A stretch of 62,915 nucleotides of DNA, filler included, from Candidatus Tectimicrobiota bacterium (GTDB lineage: Bacteria > JACPSX01), in the NCBI GenBank assembly GCA_016193065.1. It is 5 parts of 5 records of this genome, joined end to end, with 100 filler letters (N's around TTAATTAATTAA, not from the genome) between each part and the next. Parts side by side here need not be neighbours in the genome. Positions count along the whole stretch, not along the records: positions 55,384 to 62,915 come from JACPSX010000146.1; 4 more parts are not named here. One strand, written 5' to 3'. Both the position numbers and the translations under genes were made by a program. Shown here one piece after another: positions 57,380 to 62,915 of this stretch; within the stretch, counting starts at the first letter, position 1, and every line of letters starts with the position of its first letter. The notes under the pieces are model-generated. The model saw only the letters and a program-made list of their open reading frames with translations, searched no databases and was not told where the DNA came from.

Positions 57380-58756
57380 TTGAAAAAAGGACTCTGGCTG
57401 TTGGGCCTGCTGTCAGCAGTTGTCTACTCGGTCAATTTTCGAGTGGGCGATCTCTTGACTCGCGTTGGAATCCTGAGTGTTCCCCCGCAGAAAATTATTT
57501 CCTATCTGTTCCAGCTCGTCCCCTTGAGCCTGTTTTACGTTTTGTCCCTGCGCCTCGTTCGTCGTGCAGAAGGAGAGAACGGGAAACACGCAATCCCTGG
57601 CATCCTCCTCTTGGCTCTCCTTTTCCGCTTGCCTCTGGCTCTTCAGGCTCCGGACCTCTCCAGTGACCTCTATCGCTATCTTTGGGACGGGAAGGTACAG
57701 GTTTCCGGAGCAGTGAACCCCTACCTGTACCCTCCGGGGGATGAGCGCCTGGCCTTTCTCCGGGATCAAGAAATCTATCCCAACGTGAACCGCAAGGAGG
57801 CTCCCACCATCTATCCTGCCGGGGCTCAGCTTCTTTTCCGGGGGCTGAACTGGGCCGGTCTTAGCGACCCCGGGAAGTTTAAGGCCGCAGCCCTTGCCGC
57901 TGAGGGCTTCACTCTCTTTCTGTTGCTCCTCATCCTTAAGGAGCTCCGTTTGCCCCAGAGCAGGCTCCTGATCTACGCCTGGAACCCCCTGGTCATCTAC
58001 GAATTATTCCAGAGCGGGCATCTGGAAAGCTTTCTGCTCCCCCCGCTGCTGGGTTTCGTCTATTTCTTTCTCCGGGGTCGCCTGGTGGGGGCTGGGGCAG
58101 CGCTGGGATTGGCAACCTCCATGAAGTTGATCCCGGCCCTGTTCCTGGTGACGATCCCGCCAGGCAAGCGCCTTAAGATTGCGCTCCCTTTTCTGCTCGT
58201 TGTGATGCTCGCTTACCTCCCGTACGCCGGCGCCGGGGAAAAGATCTTCGGGTTTTTGCCCTCCTACTTCTCGGATCCCTCTGAGATCTTCAATCCAGGT
58301 CTGATCCAAACGGGGTTACTCTGGGTCGCCAGCGCCTTCACCCTTTCCTCTCCCTGGATCCGCCCCGTCCTCCTCCTTCTCCTCCTCGTTTTGTTGCTTC
58401 CGATCACTCGCTGCCCCGAAAAGTCGCCCGCGGACGTGGTTCCGAAACTCTACCTCACACTCAGCGCCTACTTCTTCCTGATTTATCCGGCTCTCCACCC
58501 CTGGTATCTTTCCTGGCTCATCCCTTTCCTGTGCCTGATCCCCTCCCGGGCCTGGCTTTACCTCTCTCTGGCACTTCCGCTCTCATACCTCAAGTATCTT
58601 GCGCCTGATGGGACCATGCCGACCTGGGTCACTTGGGTCGAGTTTGCTCCGCTGTACGCGCTGCTGGCTGCGGAGTATGCAAGAGTGAAACCCGTGAATC
58701 AGAGGATATCTCAGTGGTGCTTGGAAACCCGAACACAATCTTCCACTACGTTCTGA
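57380..58756 (+). CDS. GT-C type (GT87/DUF2029-like) multi-TM glycosyltransferase
   Basis: LSSDLYRYLWDG, NPY..PP, TIYP, YAWNPL, GH, HPWY..W. Confidence 0.8.
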   Translation: MKKGLWLLGLLSAVVYSVNFRVGDLLTRVGILSVPPQKIISYLFQLVPLSLFYVLSLRLVRRAEGENGKHAIPGILLLALLFRLPLALQAPDLSSDLYRYLWDGKVQVSGAVNPYLYPPGDERLAFLRDQEIYPNVNRKEAPTIYPAGAQLLFRGLNWAGLSDPGKFKAAALAAEGFTLFLLLLILKELRLPQSRLLIYAWNPLVIYELFQSGHLESFLLPPLLGFVYFFLRGRLVGAGAALGLATSMKLIPALFLVTIPPGKRLKIALPFLLVVMLAYLPYAGAGEKIFGFLPSYFSDPSEIFNPGLIQTGLLWVASAFTLSSPWIRPVLLLLLLVLLLPITRCPEKSPADVVPKLYLTLSAYFFLIYPALHPWYLSWLIPFLCLIPSRAWLYLSLALPLSYLKYLAPDGTMPTWVTWVEFAPLYALLAAEYARVKPVNQRISQWCLETRTQSSTTF

Positions 58757-60185
58757 TCGGCTTTTACATCGTTTGCCTCAGTGGCCTTTTTTTGTACGGG
58801 ACGAACTGTTACCTTCTCCTCCTGCGCTTTCGCAGCCATCGACTCCAGGGCCTGCGGGAGTACCGCCGGGTTCTCAGGGAATTCGCAGTGTCCCGATGGT
58901 ACACGGACCCTCCTCGGGTCACCGTCCAACTGCCGGTTTACAATGAGCGCTACGTGATTGGCCGGCTCCTGAAGGCGGTTTGTGCTCTTGATTACCCTCG
59001 AGACCGGCTGGAGATCCAGGTCCTGGATGATTCTACGGACGATACCGTGGAAATTGTCCGCCGACTCGTAAGAGGGTACCAGGAGGAAGGGCTGTCCATT
59101 GCCCACATTCGCCGGGCCGGGCGGCAGGGGTTCAAGGCAGGAGCCCTCAGGAACGGGATGGAGACGGCCCGGGGAGAATTCATGGCGATCTTTGACGCTG
59201 ATTTTGTTCCTCCACCGGACTTCCTGCGCAAGACGATCCCCTATTTTTGTAATCCTCGTGTGGGAATGGTGCAAGTGCGCTGGGGACACATGAATCCGGA
59301 CGACTCCCTCCTGACCCGGGCTCAATCCATCGGCATCGACGGCCATTTTTCCATCGAGCAGGGAGCTCGGGCCTGGTCGGGACTCTTCCTCAACTTCAAC
59401 GGTACGGCAGGAATCTGGCGGCGACAGGCGATCCTGGAGGCGGGGGGGTGGCAGGCCGATACCTTGACGGAGGATATGGACTTGAGTTACCGGGCCCAGC
59501 TTGCCGGCTGGCAACTCAAATACATGATGCACGTGAGCTGCCCGGCCGAGCTCCCCAGGCAGGTTTCCGCCTTTAAATCGCAGCAATTCCGCTGGGACAA
59601 GGGTTCCATCCAGCCCGCTCGCAAGCTGATCCCCGCCATTCTCAAGGCGCGTTGCTCCCGGTTTGCCAAATACCAGGCGATCCTTCACCTGACCCATTAT
59701 CTGATCCATCCCTTGATGGTCGCAACCGTCTTCCTGTCGTTACCGTTGATGTGACCTCCCAGCGCGTCCTCTACCCGGACTGGCGTTCCAGAGTTCGCTG
59801 GATCCCTTTGCTTACACTGGTAGGCACCGGCATCGCTCTGAATAATTCTCGGGCGGTATTGGAAGGCGCTTTCTTCGCCGGAGGGGATTTCATCCGTACC
59901 CCCAAGTTCGGAGTTCGCAGCGGGGGGGAGCTGCGCGGCAAACTACGGAGCTATCGATCCAGGTTTCATGTGCTTGCCTTCCTGGAGTTCGCTCTTGGTT
60001 TGTACGCTCTTCACACCTTCAGCATCGCCCTGATCACCGGGAGGTTTTGGATTACTCCCTTTCTATTTATTTATGCCTGCGGTTTTCTCTACATTTCATT
60101 GAAGAGCATGGGAGAGTTTCTGGACTGGTCTTTCTGGAGATGCTCTTGGGTCCGGAAGGGGAAATCCCCCCAGGAAGGAGAATAA
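58714..60185 (+). pseudogene. Cellulose-synthase-like GT2 with deletion/frameshift near 59751
   Basis: VQLPVYNE, DDSTD, KAGAL, FDADF, TED, QQFRW; C-terminal part (F.RTPKFG) resumes in another frame. Confidence 0.82.
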
Positions 60186-60186
60186 G

Positions 60187-61794
60187 ATGGGAGTGAAGTT
60201 TTCACCGGGCCTGACAATCCTGCTGATTCTGGTCGTGGGACTTCCGCTCCCTTCACCCGAAGGGCAGGTCCTGGCGGAAAGCCCCTGGCTCACGTATCGC
60301 CGCGATCTGAAGCGGACGGGGCGCAGCGACACTACGGGCCCCGCCACGGACCGGGTGCGGTGGATCTTCTCAACAGGCCGCCCGGACAAGCAAGGGGGGA
60401 TTGAGACCGATCCGGTGATCGGGCCGGACGGAACGGTCTACATCGGAGCAAACAACGGGATCCTCTACGCTCTGGACCCGGAAACGGGGGGCGTGCGCTG
60501 GGCATTTCCCACCGGATTCGATACCTACGCAATTTATTCCACCCCCCTCGTGGACCGCAACGGGATTGTTTACTTCGGAGCCAAGGATGGCAACGTCTAT
60601 GCGCTCAGGGCTCCGCGCCGGGGGATCATCGGGGAGGTGGTCTGGTCTCTGAACCTCGGGACCACGATTCAGACCTCGCCTGCCTTCACCCCGGACGGCA
60701 CCCTCGTCATCGGTGCGGATGACTGGGCCTACTACGGGATCACCCCACCCCGGGGCGGCAAGGGACCGGAAGTGAAATGGCGCTTCCAGACACAGGGGAC
60801 TCTGATCAGCTCCCCGGTTGTGGACTCTGACGGGACGGTCTTTGTGGCCTCCATGGACGGGAAAGTCTATGCCCTCGATCCGCCCAAAGAGGCGGGGCGG
60901 CCGGTGAAAATTCGCTGGAGCTTCAGCTCGGGGGAGCGGGACGCCAAAGGGGGATTCGAAAACGCTCCGGCCATCGACGCAGAGGCAACGCTCTACATCG
61001 GCGGAAACGACGGGATTCTCTATGCCCTGGACACCAAGACGGGGAAGGTCAAGTGGACCTTTGACGGGGTCGCCCGATCCGGCTACCGCACCTATGCAAT
61101 CTTCTCTTCCGTCGCGATTGGGCCGGACCGCACCATCTACTTCGGGGGCAAGAACGGCATCCTCTACGCGGTCCGCGAGCGCCGGGGCTTCCTCCGTAGC
61201 GGTCCTGAGGTGGTGTGGCGCTACAAGCTGGGTCCCGGCATCCAGTCCTCGCCCCTCCTGGCGGCCGACGGCACCGTTTACCTGGGCGACGAGCAGGGGA
61301 ATTTCCACGCGGTTCGGCGGCCGCAGTCCGGCGAGTGGGCCAGCGCTCTGTGGAAGTTTGCAACGAAGGGAACGCTGATCTCTTCCCCGACTCTTGCCAC
61401 GGACGGCACCCTGTACGTGGGATCGATGGATGGGAATCTTTACGCCTTCAAGGCTCGCGGCGGCACCCCGGCCTCTCGTCCGAGGCCGTTCTCGGGGACC
61501 TGGTATGGAGCCTACGAAAGCCCCATCGCCGCCGGGAACATTCGGGCGGTTCTTGTGCAAGATGGTTCCCGGGTGTGGTCCACCTGGTTCCTGGCGGGAA
61601 TGGGACGGGGAGAAGTGCAGGGGACCGTCCAGGGGAACCGCCTCGTGGTGTCGGGTCCCATCCATACCGCCCGTTGCCAGGGCACCGTCTCGGGCGAGGG
61701 TCGGCTGGAAGGGGGCGAGATTCGCGGCGAGGTCCGGGTGGAGCGCTGTGAAGGAGTCGTGGTAACGGGCCGGTTTACCCTTCGCAATCACTGA
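60187..61794 (+). CDS. Secreted PQQ-like (BamB-type) beta-propeller repeat protein
   Basis: Signal peptide; about eight SSP....DGT.Y.GS.DG..YA repeats with W.F motifs. Confidence 0.88.
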   Translation: MGVKFSPGLTILLILVVGLPLPSPEGQVLAESPWLTYRRDLKRTGRSDTTGPATDRVRWIFSTGRPDKQGGIETDPVIGPDGTVYIGANNGILYALDPETGGVRWAFPTGFDTYAIYSTPLVDRNGIVYFGAKDGNVYALRAPRRGIIGEVVWSLNLGTTIQTSPAFTPDGTLVIGADDWAYYGITPPRGGKGPEVKWRFQTQGTLISSPVVDSDGTVFVASMDGKVYALDPPKEAGRPVKIRWSFSSGERDAKGGFENAPAIDAEATLYIGGNDGILYALDTKTGKVKWTFDGVARSGYRTYAIFSSVAIGPDRTIYFGGKNGILYAVRERRGFLRSGPEVVWRYKLGPGIQSSPLLAADGTVYLGDEQGNFHAVRRPQSGEWASALWKFATKGTLISSPTLATDGTLYVGSMDGNLYAFKARGGTPASRPRPFSGTWYGAYESPIAAGNIRAVLVQDGSRVWSTWFLAGMGRGEVQGTVQGNRLVVSGPIHTARCQGTVSGEGRLEGGEIRGEVRVERCEGVVVTGRFTLRNH

Positions 61795-61802
61795 GAACGA
61801 TC

Positions 61803-62498
61803 ATGAAGGTTTCTCTCATCATCCCCGCCCTCAACGAGGAAGAGTCCCTGCCGGGAGTCCTGGCTGCTATCCCTCGGAACGGGGTAGATGATCTCATTGT
61901 CGTTGACAACGGGAGCAGCGACAGCACAGCAGCCGTTGCCCGCCGGGCGGGTGCCCAGGTAATTACAGAGACGCGCAAAGGGTACGGAGCCGCCTGCCGG
62001 GCCGGAGTGCAGGCTGCCGGCGATGCCGATATCCTCGTGTTCATGGATGGAGACGGTAGCTTCTCGCCTGCCGAGATTCCTCAGCTCACCGCACCCATCA
62101 CGCATGGAGAGGCGGATCTGGTCCTGGGCACCCGGACTGCAAGGTTCGAGGATACCTGTGCAATTCCTCTGCACGCTCGCCTGGGGAACCGGTTCATCGC
62201 GAGGATCATCGGGTTTGCTTCCTCGATCCGGATCACGGACCTGGGCCCGTTTCGCGCCATTCGTCGCGCCGCCCTGGAGTCCCTCCGGATGGAGGAGGGC
62301 ACCTACGGCTGGCCCAGCGAGATGATCATCAAGGCAGCCAAGCTCCAGTACCGGATCAGCGAGGTCCCTGTGAGCTACCGGCCGCGGACCGGGGGCAAAT
62401 CCAAGGTGTCGGGGACCATTTCGGGAAGTATCAGGGCTTCTCTTTCCATCCTCAAAGTCACAGCCCGCTGGTCTTTGTGGACCCCCGACGGCACATGA
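61803..62498 (+). CDS. GT2 glycosyltransferase (polyprenol-phosphate glycosyltransferase-like)
   Basis: IIPALNEE, VDNGSSD, GYGAAC, MDGDG, DLGPFRAI, SKVSGT. Confidence 0.92.
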   Translation: MKVSLIIPALNEEESLPGVLAAIPRNGVDDLIVVDNGSSDSTAAVARRAGAQVITETRKGYGAACRAGVQAAGDADILVFMDGDGSFSPAEIPQLTAPITHGEADLVLGTRTARFEDTCAIPLHARLGNRFIARIIGFASSIRITDLGPFRAIRRAALESLRMEEGTYGWPSEMIIKAAKLQYRISEVPVSYRPRTGGKSKVSGTISGSIRASLSILKVTARWSLWTPDGT

Positions 62499-62709
62499 GG
62501 CTAAGGATCTCTGGCTCCTCCACACTCATACTCTTCGCGCTCCTGATCCTTGCCGCCTGCACCCTGTGACAGCCTACGATCAGACTCGAAAAAACTCTGC
62601 TTCTCTCTCGCTTCAGGTTCTGGCCAGGGTCTCCGTGGGCAATTACCCGATCGGCATTGCGGTCGATGAGAATAGCAGTAAATCCCTAACATGGTTTTCA
62701 ACGAAATTG

Positions 62710-62853
62710 ACCCCGATCCGAAAAAAAGGTCGGGCCTGAATGGCAGAAACTGGGATTCCTCGCGGGCATCAGGGAACTTGCTGGTCGAACCGGAAGGCCC
62801 TCTCCATCGCTCTTGAAGCGAGATGGGCCGTAACTGGATTTTCGGATCGGGGT
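62710..62853. mobile_element. Putative MITE-like element with 15-bp terminal inverted repeats
   Basis: ACCCCGATCCGAAAA ... TTTTCGGATCGGGGT; same ends as 40985-41107. Confidence 0.55.
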
Positions 62854-62915
62854 TGATTCAATCACTGCGGGTTTGATTCCCCGCAGCTTGCTGCGTAAAG
62901 AGCTATTCCCAGACT

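Noticed and set aside
59752-59754. Selenocysteine or stop readthrough at the GT2 TGA
   Set aside because: The homologous C-terminus continues in a different frame with sequence missing, which indicates a deletion

Overview
GC-rich bacterial sequence, probably a metagenome-assembled genome of a deltaproteobacterial or Nitrospinota/Tectomicrobia-like anaerobe (lineage is inference only). It is five contigs joined by artificial 100-nt N-linkers containing TTAATTAATTAA (contigs 1-6012, 6113-28450, 28551-39916, 40017-55283, 55384-62915), so adjacency across gaps is not biological. Contig 1: mutS, a zinc-ribbon/FliL fusion, tRNA-Met(CAU), tilS, hpt. Contig 2: a ~22 kb respiratory island with an orphan NrfD-type protein, a c7-type cytochrome, 12-, 7- and 9-heme cytochromes c, two FdnI-type cytochromes b (split CbcL-like pairs), two sigma54 activators with visible promoters and candidate enhancer sites, and a NarL-type system whose kinase carries a CxxCH motif. 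Contig 3: acetophenone-carboxylase/hydantoinase genes (one broken), DUF507 pair, ABC transporter, BrnT toxin-antitoxin pair, integron-integrase and RAYT transposase remnants, and an HNH protein. Contig 4: zapB-zapA-(6S RNA?)-rny-ymdB converging on tmk-holB-ricT-metG, plus stress/repair genes. Contig 5: radical SAM/glycosyltransferase cluster. The most striking unexplained signal is a ~240-nt non-coding element present in three diverged copies (3479-3720 +, 28208-28450 -, 40017-40256 +) that folds into a long rod with compensatory base changes. Several other dispersed repeat families are present, and many genes carry clean internal deletions.
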